A DNA stretch of 64,000 bases from Phocaeicola sp. (GTDB taxonomy: Bacteria > Bacteroidota > Bacteroidia > Bacteroidales > Bacteroidaceae): NCBI GenBank assembly GCA_045121515.1, contig JBGVGD010000021.1, positions 21,955-85,954 of the forward strand. The letters are read 5' to 3'. The notes under the pieces are model-generated. The model worked only from the letters and a program-made list of their open reading frames with translations. It searched no databases and was not told where the DNA came from. This document shows, in pieces, positions 1 to 8,053 of the stretch. The number at the start of each line of letters is the position of its first letter. The stretch's first letter is position 1. Made by a program: the position numbers and the translations under genes.

Positions 1-2
1 TA

Positions 3-230
3 CTGGACGGAGTGGCTGCTGTTGTTTTTCTCTTGAAAGGGGAGAAGGAGGCTGCCAAGGCGGTGCTTCAGGCCCGCAAGGAGTTCAAGCGTATCCGTCC
101 GGATTTTGAATCTTCCCGTGGGGAGAATTTGGCGAAGGCTGTAACCGATGCTATACCGGAGAAGGTGGCCTATAGCATCTTGTGGAAATTCCATGCTTGT
201 GGTAAAAAGTCCTTTTCCAAGTTAAATTAA
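3..230 (+). CDS. C-terminal part of a probable family-2 glycosyltransferase (5' end outside the window)
   Basis: Frame is open from the window edge (LDGVAAVVFLLKG...SILWKF...FSKL*). It resembles the C-terminal tail of Bacteroides GT2 proteins; no catalytic domain is visible. Confidence 0.5.
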   Translation: MDGVAAVVFLLKGEKEAAKAVLQARKEFKRIRPDFESSRGENLAKAVTDAIPEKVAYSILWKFHACGKKSFSKLN

Positions 231-301
231 ATATTATTTGAAGTATACTTTGAGATAATTTTGTATTTTTGCAAAGTATGGTTTTAAAATAATATCGAAA
301 T

Positions 302-535
302 ATGGAAACAACTATGAATGTCAACATTAGTTTGCCCCAATCGGAATTTGTCATGTTGAAGAAATTGGCAAAGGCATTAGGGTGGAATCTTTTTGTACAA
401 CAAGAGGATGAGTCTATCAATGTGCAGCAAAGAAGTGAATTAGTTCAGAAATTGTATGGATGTGTACAGTTGTCGGAGGATTTTGATTATAAGGCAGAAT
501 TGGAACAGGTTCTTTCTGAAAAGTATAAGTTATGA
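302..535 (+). CDS. Putative type II antitoxin (DUF6364-like C-terminus)
   Basis: 77 aa; C-terminal LYGCVQLSEDFDYKAELEQVLSEKY resembles the tails of antitoxins found before PIN genes; its stop overlaps the PIN start (ATGA at 532-535). Confidence 0.7.
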   Translation: METTMNVNISLPQSEFVMLKKLAKALGWNLFVQQEDESINVQQRSELVQKLYGCVQLSEDFDYKAELEQVLSEKYKL

Positions 536-1002
536 AGAGGAAGATATTTTTAGATACTAATGTCGTCATTGATTATTTGGCTAAGCGTGTTCCTTTTGGG
601 GAAGAGGCTTTTCGAATCTTTTCCCTTTCACCTAGATATCACCAATTATGTATTTCTGCACTATCATTCACAACGGTTTTCTATGTTTTAAGAAAGCATC
701 ATGAGCATGGAATGCTTCTGGATATGCTGACTTCTTTGCAACAGCTCGTTGAAGTATTGCCGACAGATGATGATATAATAAGATTGGCTCTAAATTCAGG
801 TTTCTCGGATTTTGAAGATGCTGTACAGTATTATACAGCGTTGGCAGGAAATGTATCTTATATTGTAACTCGTAATCCTAAAGATTTTGGAAAGGCGGTA
901 ATACCTGTTTATACTCCAACTGAATTTCTGCAAATACCATATTGGTTAGATGAATCTAGTCATACGATTCTTAATGACCCAGAAATACCATATAGAAAAT
1001 AG
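532..1002 (+). CDS. PIN-domain (VapC-like) toxin
   Basis: Motifs IFLDTNVVID, DFEDAVQY and IVTRNPKDF carry the PIN acidic residues; translationally coupled to the small upstream ORF. Confidence 0.88.
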   Translation: MKRKIFLDTNVVIDYLAKRVPFGEEAFRIFSLSPRYHQLCISALSFTTVFYVLRKHHEHGMLLDMLTSLQQLVEVLPTDDDIIRLALNSGFSDFEDAVQYYTALAGNVSYIVTRNPKDFGKAVIPVYTPTEFLQIPYWLDESSHTILNDPEIPYRK

Positions 1003-1074
1003 TAGGGTAATAACTAGTAATTTTCTTTTGATAAGTTCACTTTTGTCAAAATAGGATAAATATGTGATAATCAA

Positions 1075-1111
1075 CGGGATGGCGTGATAAAATACCTGTC
1101 ACACCCTCCCG
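1075..1111. terminator. Hairpin after the TA operon
   Basis: CGGGATGGCGTGATA...TGTCACACCCTCCCG imperfect inverted repeat followed by TTTT. Confidence 0.5.
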
Positions 1112-1115
1112 TTTT

Positions 1116-1245
1116 CGTCACAGAGGCACTACTTGATACATGCTTCCTTCGCGGGTATGCATTCGGGGGATTTCCATGGCTCGCACATTCCCGCCACGAA
1201 GGGCTGCCGGGAATCCGCAGAAGAACTAGCCTGAAGATGCTGACG
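1116..1245. other. GC-rich, self-complementary ~130-nt element of unknown type
   Basis: Ends CGTCA/TGACG pair; internal arms TTCCTTCGCGG/CCGCAGAAGAA and ATTCCCG/CGGGAAT pair; GC-rich within an AT-rich intergenic region. Confidence 0.35.
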
Positions 1246-1254
1246 TTTTAATCT

Positions 1255-1340
1255 TTCCACATACTGTGGATAGAACGTTCCACATATAGTGGAAAGCCCG
1301 TTCCATATAATGTGGAAAAGTCCTTCCACATATAGTGGAA
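1255..1340. repeat. Four 17-bp palindromic units, TTCCAC-N5-GTGGAA, with an exact 23-bp period
   Basis: Units start at 1255, 1278, 1301 and 1324 (TTCCACATACTGTGGAT, TTCCACATATAGTGGAA, TTCCATATAATGTGGAA, TTCCACATATAGTGGAA), separated by 6-bp variable linkers. Confidence 0.9.
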
Positions 1341-1537
1341 CGATTAATATGTCAAGGTGTTTGGGTTAGTTCATGTGTATGAAATTGATATTACTGAATG
1401 GATTAATTACAGGAATAACTATTGAAAGGACGTTAATGCTTATTATAAATAAAAAGTAAACATTTTTATTTTAAAATATTTGGAGAATCCGTTTTTTTTT
1501 TTTGTAGCTTTGCACTTTCGATAAGAGATTGATCTAC

Positions 1538-2626
1538 ATGAAAAAGAAAATCTACATATTGGGAGTGCTGGCTACACTATGCCTATTGGGTACGGGTTAT
1601 TATGCTTGGACGCTGTACGATGCTTATCGCAAGCAGGTGGCGGAATGGAACGAGGGGGCGAAGGTCGCTTTCGAGGAAGCGTTGTGGCTAGAAGTGAATA
1701 AGCGGGCGGAGACTCCAATTTTTCATTATTCGGACGAACATCCAGGAATGAAAACATTAAATGCCAAAATTCCAGAAACTGTTCGTATGATGACACCAGA
1801 AGGTTTCTTGAAGTACAAAATTGAACGTAAGAAATATGACCTTAGTCTAATTAAAGATACTGAAAGAAGGGCGCTTTTAGGTGCATTGTTAGAAACTAAT
1901 CCTTTTTCTATTGATACTTTAATGATTCTGTGGGACAGTTTGCTTGCTGATCGACAAGTACCGGGAAAAAGCCTAATCCGCTATATTTATACGGATTGGG
2001 AATTACGTGATGATACGATTTGTGTTCCGGTAGATGAGAAAATGGTACGTTCTGACAGTTTGACTACCAGATATCTTGGTTTCCGTTGCGAACATGAATT
2101 TGTAGCATATATTTCTTATTCGTTTTGGAAATCAGATTTGTTGTCTCTTGCCGTATGTAGGTTGGTGTTACCTTGGATAGTATGGGGACTTCTGTTCTTT
2201 TTTTATGCTCCTTTGGAGAAATTCTTGCAGAAAAAATTGGTTCGTAAGGAGGTGGTCGAACGGGAAATTCATGTGGCAGATGTGACTATTGAAAAGGCAA
2301 AAATCTATCAACTTCCTGATGGTAGTTTGTTCGATAAGATTGCTGGAACATTGATGAAAGAAGGGTTGACAAAACAACTTCCTCCTCAATCCATAATTCT
2401 GTTGGCGTTATTTTTAAGTAAGGAAAGCCACCGTTTATCTTCGTCTGAAATAGAGCAGGAATTGTGGAATGGTAGAGGGTCTGCCGAAAAACTACGTCAA
2501 GCAATTCAGCGGTTAAGAAGAGACTTGAAAGCGGTTTCTTCTGATGTGTTCATAAAAAACGTAAATGGCGATTATGAGTTAAAATTGTCCATTTCATCGA
2601 AGAATTTGGCTGTGACGGATGCCTAA
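1538..2626 (+). CDS. Membrane-anchored one-component regulator: TM, periplasmic domain, TM, C-terminal OmpR-type winged helix
   Basis: N-terminal hydrophobic helix, second TM (LVLPWIVWGLLFFFY), C-terminal wHTH-like segment (LSSSEIEQELWNG...KLRQAIQRLRRDL...NGDYELK). ATG at 1538 preferred over TTG at 1529. Confidence 0.8.
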   Translation: MKKKIYILGVLATLCLLGTGYYAWTLYDAYRKQVAEWNEGAKVAFEEALWLEVNKRAETPIFHYSDEHPGMKTLNAKIPETVRMMTPEGFLKYKIERKKYDLSLIKDTERRALLGALLETNPFSIDTLMILWDSLLADRQVPGKSLIRYIYTDWELRDDTICVPVDEKMVRSDSLTTRYLGFRCEHEFVAYISYSFWKSDLLSLAVCRLVLPWIVWGLLFFFYAPLEKFLQKKLVRKEVVEREIHVADVTIEKAKIYQLPDGSLFDKIAGTLMKEGLTKQLPPQSIILLALFLSKESHRLSSSEIEQELWNGRGSAEKLRQAIQRLRRDLKAVSSDVFIKNVNGDYELKLSISSKNLAVTDA

Positions 2627-2645
2627 CAAGATATGAAAATATGCT

Positions 2646-2702
2646 TGGTCACTAATGGTCACTCCGTAAATAACAGAAATTTCTATATCCATATTACTTT
2701 TA
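2646..2702 (+). promoter_or_regulatory. TGGTCACT direct repeat (10-bp period) upstream of a degenerate -7 box
   Basis: TGGTCACT at 2646-2653 and 2656-2663; TACTTTTA at 2695-2702 is one mismatch from TAnnTTTG. Confidence 0.4.
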
Positions 2703-2920
2703 CATCGTGAATGTCGGGCTCTGTTACTTATTATGATAGAAATGGAGATGATACAATCTAGTTAAAATGGAAATCTATTCCGGGATTATAATAGTCAAAG
2801 TGTAGTTTGGAACATATAGGAGAGTTTGTAACAAACAAGGGTTTGATATAAATTCTCCTTTGTCTATATAGAGAGAAAAAGGCTGAATAATTATAATGTA
2901 ACTTATTGAATGACAAAGAT

Positions 2921-3934
2921 ATGAAGAACGTAATCTTTATTATGCTGATATTTTTATTTGTGCAATGTACAAATAAAAATGATACTGTCGGGTATTATTT
3001 TGATGTCTGTCAGGATTTATATTTGGAAGAAATAAAGTATCCTGAAATATTGGGGGATCCGATGCAGATGTTGAAAAAAGATAGTATTTTATTTATAAAT
3101 GATTATTTTGGTGATTCATTGATTCATATGTATAATTTGAATTCTCATAAGGTCGAAAGAAAATTAGTGTCAAAAGGAAATGGACCAAATGAATTAATTC
3201 CTCCTCTGGAAATTCAATATCAGAATAATAAATTATGGATTCTTAGTAGACCTTTGCATCTATTGTATAATATATCTTTGAATGAAATGTCTCCTTTGAA
3301 TTCGCTGTCTAAAAATGGTGTCGTGAAAAGTGAATCTGATTGTTTTGTTGTTTTACCAGATAATAAAATTGTATTTTCGGGATTCTGGGACAATAGATAT
3401 GCCTTTGGTGAGATTTCAAATTTACAGTCAGTTAAAGAATTTGGTGAATATCCTAATTTTTGGAATGAAGAAAGTTCAATACCCCAACACGTGAAAGCAA
3501 TGTTTCATCAATGTCGTTTTGCGGTAAATAAAAAAAGACAAAAGTTGGTGTCATGTTCTTATTTTGTTTTAGAAATATTTGATATTAAGGGTGATGTTAT
3601 GCCTGAACTTGCTTTTAGAAAACAATTAGGAAGATATACATATGATTATATTGCAACAGAGCAAATCAGGACGAAAATGAGAACAGGATGTGATCCTGTA
3701 ACGATTGATGTGGTAGCGACTGATGAGTATTTATATTTGTTGATGCAAGATTCTGATAATAAAAAAAATAGAAATATAGCAGTAATAGATTGGTCAGGTG
3801 AGCCTGTGAAATTATTGAAATCAGGAAAGCGTATTCTTTGTTTTACAATAGATGAAAAGGAGCGAAAAGGATATTGTGCTGTTGAAGATGGGGAAATTAA
3901 ATTGATGTCTTTTGATTTGGACGAATGGGAATAA
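2921..3934 (+). CDS. BF3164-like / TolB-like 6-bladed beta-propeller lipoprotein
   Basis: Lipoprotein signal ending FVQ-C; KGNGPNEL and ...IAVIDWSGEPVKLL motifs typical of this Bacteroides propeller family. Confidence 0.75.
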   Translation: MKNVIFIMLIFLFVQCTNKNDTVGYYFDVCQDLYLEEIKYPEILGDPMQMLKKDSILFINDYFGDSLIHMYNLNSHKVERKLVSKGNGPNELIPPLEIQYQNNKLWILSRPLHLLYNISLNEMSPLNSLSKNGVVKSESDCFVVLPDNKIVFSGFWDNRYAFGEISNLQSVKEFGEYPNFWNEESSIPQHVKAMFHQCRFAVNKKRQKLVSCSYFVLEIFDIKGDVMPELAFRKQLGRYTYDYIATEQIRTKMRTGCDPVTIDVVATDEYLYLLMQDSDNKKNRNIAVIDWSGEPVKLLKSGKRILCFTIDEKERKGYCAVEDGEIKLMSFDLDEWE

Positions 3935-4160
3935 AGGTGCTGAGTGTATATGGCTGAAGAGAATAAGATATGGAAGGTTGTTAAAGGTAGATTATTTATT
4001 TAATGCTCAAAAGTCTGAAATGTTGTCAGATGTTGCTTTGGCTAATGTAGAAGCATTGGCTGGAGAAGAATGGGATGGAGATAATCATTGCTTTATGGAT
4101 ACTGTCTTTTGGGCTTGTTTGAAGTATGCAACAGGAGTAGGTTGTTATTGTGGCTTATAA
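3912..4160 (+). CDS. NVEALA-family small peptide with a 4-Cys C-terminal core; N-terminus degenerate, in-frame ATG at 4020
   Basis: Translation contains NAQKSEMLSDVALANVEALAGEE (NVEALA codons at 4044-4061), followed by WDGDNHCFMDTVFWACLKYATGVGCYCGL*. Confidence 0.7.
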   Translation: MIWTNGNKGAECIWLKRIRYGRLLKVDYLFNAQKSEMLSDVALANVEALAGEEWDGDNHCFMDTVFWACLKYATGVGCYCGL

Positions 4161-4208
4161 TAATATTGTATGGGGAATACCCCATCCAATTATAAAATTT
4201 CAAATGAT

Positions 4209-5372
4209 ATGAGATTACGGCTATTTAGTATAATTTGTTCGTTGGCTTGTTTTTCGTGTCAATCAGGGAAACAAGAAGCGTTGAAATATCGGTTAGAAGA
4301 AACGGCAGATACCTTGTCTTTTGAAATGTCGTCCAATTCTTCTTTGTTCATCAAATCAATGTCCGTATTTCAGGATGATGAGGGTAAGGAATATATGACT
4401 TTTATGAGTAATGAGGCGGAGGAAATCTATGTATATGACTTGATGACAGAAAATTTGGTAAAGACTATTTCCTATGATATGGAAGGCGCAAACGGTGTTG
4501 GACCGAAAGCGGCAGGCTTTCTGATGAAAAGTTGGAATGAGATATTCATACCTAACCTCTATTTGCCGGAAATCTCGTTGATAGATAGTTGCGGCTATAA
4601 AAAACAAACCTACAAATTGGACAGTCTGGGAAATGGATATGGATTTATACCTACCCGTTCAACCATAGGTACTCCTTTTGTTCTATATGAGGATTTATTG
4701 TTTGGAATGCAGTTACCTAACATGCGTTTGGGAGAAGATGCCGTTACGAATAGTCCGGTGGGATTGATGCTTGATTTAGGTAAGAAGGAGATTGATCTCG
4801 CTCCCTTCCATTATCCGCATTCCGTCATGAAAAATTCCCAGAAGCCATCGTTAGGGATTGAAACCAAAATGAGCTATTGTTTCAATGGAGAAGAATTGGT
4901 ATTGTCTTTTGCTTTCGATGAAACTTTATATAAGATGCCGTTGAAAGGGGGAACCACTACATCGCATATCGCATCAAGTTCTTATCTTGGAAAAATCTCT
5001 TTGCCGGAAAAAGTTCCTTCAGACTTGATTCTTGCGGCAAAAGAAATGTGCGAATTGCCTATTTATGGGAATATCATATATGATAAATACAGAAATGTAT
5101 ATTATCGGGTCGCTTATCCCCAAAAAGACTATGATATGGATGAAAACTTTGTTGAATTGTGGCAGTCGGGACGAGGTGAATTTTCGATAATGATTTTGGA
5201 TGAAGGTTTGAATGTCATCGGTGAGACTTTGCTCCCGGAAAATAAATATCGTTCAGACCTCATGTTACTTCTTGAAGATGGTTTATACATCAGCACCAGT
5301 CATTATAAGAATACAGCTTTCAATGAAGACCGTTTGGAATTTCAACGTTTTACCCTTTCTGCTATGAGGTAA
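4209..5372 (+). CDS. DUF4221-like beta-propeller lipoprotein
   Basis: Lipobox CFS-C; GANGVG, YGNIIYDKYRNVYYRVAYP and FSIMILDEGLNVIGETLLP motifs. Confidence 0.75.
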   Translation: MRLRLFSIICSLACFSCQSGKQEALKYRLEETADTLSFEMSSNSSLFIKSMSVFQDDEGKEYMTFMSNEAEEIYVYDLMTENLVKTISYDMEGANGVGPKAAGFLMKSWNEIFIPNLYLPEISLIDSCGYKKQTYKLDSLGNGYGFIPTRSTIGTPFVLYEDLLFGMQLPNMRLGEDAVTNSPVGLMLDLGKKEIDLAPFHYPHSVMKNSQKPSLGIETKMSYCFNGEELVLSFAFDETLYKMPLKGGTTTSHIASSSYLGKISLPEKVPSDLILAAKEMCELPIYGNIIYDKYRNVYYRVAYPQKDYDMDENFVELWQSGRGEFSIMILDEGLNVIGETLLPENKYRSDLMLLLEDGLYISTSHYKNTAFNEDRLEFQRFTLSAMR

Positions 5373-5380
5373 TAACCCAA

Positions 5381-5449
5381 GAGAACTAAAAAAGGAGAGA
5401 AAGAACCCTAAACCTGAAACAGAATTCTTTTCTCTCCTTACCAGTTCTC
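5381..5449. terminator. Long imperfect hairpin between lipoprotein genes
   Basis: GAGAACT...AAGGAGAGAAAGAA pairs with TTCTTTTCTCTCCTT...AGTTCTC. Confidence 0.45.
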
Positions 5450-5521
5450 CTTAAAAAAAGAAAGGAGGTCGCAAAATATTTAAACTTTGTATGTGTAAAT
5501 AGCTCTTTCTAAAAAAACTTT

Positions 5522-5944
5522 ATGATGAAACAGATTGGTTTTTATAGTATAAGCAGAGGTATTTGTTGGGGGATATTGTCTATCGTTTTTTTTATGTTTG
5601 GATGTAGTCGTGAGTCTGTGTGCGGCTTGGATGGTTTCACTGACATTTCAGCTTTGACAATAAAAGATACAATAGAATTGGAAGATAAGAATATTCTTAA
5701 TCCTCATCATATTTATTATAAGGATAGTTTCCTTATTTTTACTAGTCTCCGTGGACAAAGAGAAATTCAATTGCTAAATCTTTTTACAGAAAAGGTAACG
5801 GAATATAATGTGATAGGACAGGGCAGAAATGAAATGTCAGGTTATCATACAGTCCGTACAAATAGTAATAATATGTATTTGTTCGCAGATAATCGTTCGG
5901 GAAAGATTTATAGGGTATGTTTGGACTCTTTAAGAGATAAATGA
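5522..5944 (+). pseudogene. Truncated BF3164-like propeller lipoprotein (N-terminal 140 aa only)
   Basis: Lipobox FG-C and IGQGRNEM motif as in the 2921 paralogue, but it stops after 140 aa where base composition changes abruptly. Confidence 0.7.
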
Positions 5945-6110
5945 CGGGACAAAAGGCTGGAAGTCGTTGGGACGACAAACGGCCGTCACCAATGAAGTCC
6001 ATTATGAGAACATTCCCCGTAATGCCCTGTTATGGTTGCGTGATTTGACCCGTGGAAAAGAGGAACAGGTTTTCATCCTGAGAGACGGGGAACAGTATTT
6101 CTATCGATAA
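5940..6110 (+). pseudogene. Orphan 3' end of a large exported protein (transglutaminase/discoidin-type gene typical of these loci)
   Basis: NDGTKGWKSLGRQTAVTNEVHYENIPRNALLWLRDLTRGKEEQVFILRDGEQYFYR* with no start codon; in-frame stop at 5931-5933. Family assignment is from memory of similar C-termini. Confidence 0.55.
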
Positions 6111-6121
6111 CCGGAGCTGCC

Positions 6122-7435
6122 ATGAAAGTAGTGACGTTCATCATCACTTGGTTACTGATACTCGCCGGTTCGGTGGAAGCCGTCTGGGGCTTGCTTCAGG
6201 TGTACGGTTACGAACCGTCCAACCATTCGCTGTATGCATTGACAGGTTCGTTCTATAATCCGGGTCCGTATTCGGGTTTCTTGGCGATGTGTGTACCTGT
6301 GGCATTTAATGAATGGTTGGAGGGAAAGAGGATTTGGAAACCTATGGCATTGGTGGCACTGGTATTAATGCTGGTGGTGCTTCCTTCGGGCATGAGCCGT
6401 TCGGCCTGGGTGGCTGCCTTGGTGGCTTCGGGGTATGTGTTGGGTATGCACTATCGGGAAAAGGTATGCCGGTATTGGAAATACTTTTGTGTTGGTAGTT
6501 TATTGTTGGCAGTGCTTGGTGTCGGTGCCTACCTTTGGAAGAAGGATTCTGCCGACGGTCGGTTGCTGATGTGGAAGGTAGCGACTCTGGCGGTGTTGGA
6601 GCATTCTTGGCAAGGTGTCGGTTGGGAGAATGTGGCAGGAGCGTATGGGGATGCCCAAGAAAGATATTTTGCATCGGGTATGGCTACAGAGCAGGAAGCA
6701 CATGTGGCTGGTGCACCGGAATATGTGTTCAATGAGTACTTGCAGGTGGCAATGGCTTGGGGTGTTCCGGCTTTGTGCGGTATCTTGTTGTTGGTAGGCG
6801 TTTGTTTCTACTTGGGGCATCGGGATAGGCAGTTTGGTGTATGCGGTGCGCTGCTTTCATTGGCAGTTTTTGCTTTTTCGTCCTATCCTTTCTAATTTAT
6901 GGAGTTTATAGTGGCTTTCATTGCCTTGCTGGTGGTTTGCTTGCTGAGGTTTCGCAATGTGTACTTGCAAGTGTCGGTATTGGTTATTGGTATAGGTGTC
7001 GGTCTTTATCTGTATGATTCTAGAGAAGAACATCCGATGCGGAAAGCTCATACGATGTTCGAGCGTGCTCATTCCTTGCACAAGGCAGGGGAATGGGAGG
7101 TTTCTACGGAACTGTTGATGGAAATAATGCGGATAAGTAGCGATGCAATGGTGCTGAACATCATCGGAAAGAACAGTCAGGCATTGGGGCAATATCAAGA
7201 GGCGGAACATTGGTTTATCCGTTCCACTCATCGGTTGCCGAACCGTATCTATCCTTACTATCTGTTGGCCAAACTGTATGCGGAGCATCCCAAGTATTTC
7301 CCAAGAGAGAAATTGGAGTGGGCGGTACGAATGGTACTGGAGAAGGAAGCGAAGGTAGAATCGACGGCTATTAAGCAGATGAGGGAGGAAGTAAAGTTAT
7401 TGTTGGATAAAAATCAATCATTCTATGGAAAGTAG
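6122..7435 (+). pseudogene. O-antigen-ligase-family membrane protein with C-terminal TPR, split by an in-frame TAA
   Basis: TGSFYNPGPY, DSADGRLLMW and FNEYLQ motifs; ORFs 6122-6895 and 6899-7435 share a frame (SYPF*FMEF, TAA at 6893-6895); TPR-like tail follows. Confidence 0.8.
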
Positions 7436-7589
7436 GGAAACAATCAAGGAAGAACTTGGTCAGTTGTTGGAAAACTATTATAACGGTTCTTTTGCACAAT
7501 TGGTGCGTGACTATATCCGTTCTACGAGAATGACAAAGCAGGAGTTGGAGCAGGTGTTGGAGGAGATGAGAAAAGTAAAAGGGGCATGA
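7425..7589 (+). CDS. 54-aa mini-protein resembling the C-terminal dimerisation tail of BlaI/MecI/CopY repressors
   Basis: Missing from the ORF track. MESRETIKEELGQLLENYYNGSFAQLVRDYIRSTRMTKQELEQVLEEMRKVKGA*; overlaps the upstream stop and ends in the hairpin AAAAGGGGC-ATGAA-GCCCCTTTT. Confidence 0.55.
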   Translation: MESRETIKEELGQLLENYYNGSFAQLVRDYIRSTRMTKQELEQVLEEMRKVKGA

Positions 7590-7597
7590 AGCCCCTT

Positions 7598-7966
7598 TTA
7601 TCGTATGTAATGCGCTTCCACTCCAACACGCTGTGCGCACGCTCCCATGGGTGGGTTCTCCTTAAACAAGGATATGTCAATCGTTTCAATCGTAGGGAAG
7701 TCGTGGAGGAGGCGACGGGCAATACGTTGGCATACGTGTTCCAATAGTTGGGAGGTGATTTGCATCTCTTCCTTGACTGCTGCATGGATGTCGGCATAGT
7801 TCACGGTTCCTTCCAGTTCGTCGGTTTCGGCAGCACGACTGAAATCGGTCTTCAGTCTCAAGTCGATATAGTAATTGGCTCCTACAAGGTTTTCTTGCGG
7901 GAGTACTCCGTGAAAGGCGTAGAACTTCATGCCTTCTAAACGTATGTACATGTGGTTGGCTTGCAT
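7598..7966 (-). CDS. folB: Dihydroneopterin aldolase
   Basis: FYAFHGVLPQE and TVNYA motifs; LLEHV; KENPP. Confidence 0.93.
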   Translation of the reverse strand: MQANHMYIRLEGMKFYAFHGVLPQENLVGANYYIDLRLKTDFSRAAETDELEGTVNYADIHAAVKEEMQITSQLLEHVCQRIARRLLHDFPTIETIDISLFKENPPMGACAQRVGVEAHYIR

Positions 7967-8053
7967 AATGTGAGATTGAAATAAAAGCCCCTCCGTTCAT
8001 GAAGGTATGAAGAAGGGGCTTGAGTATATATAAATGATTGAGTAATTCCGGAT

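Noticed and set aside
1231-1300. Hammerhead ribozyme (CTGAAGA matches CUGANGA)
   Set aside because: No stem II plus GAAA or cleavage triplet could be placed in a compatible geometry.
1129-1329. 66-aa ORF on the minus strand
   Set aside because: It is a translation of the palindrome array and structured element, with no recognisable protein features.
1255-1340. Mini CRISPR array
   Set aside because: Units are 17 bp with 6-bp linkers, far below spacer size, and there are no cas genes in the window.
2633-2795. Additional peptide gene after the regulator
   Set aside because: Only short, stop-interrupted frames with no NVEALA or other motif.
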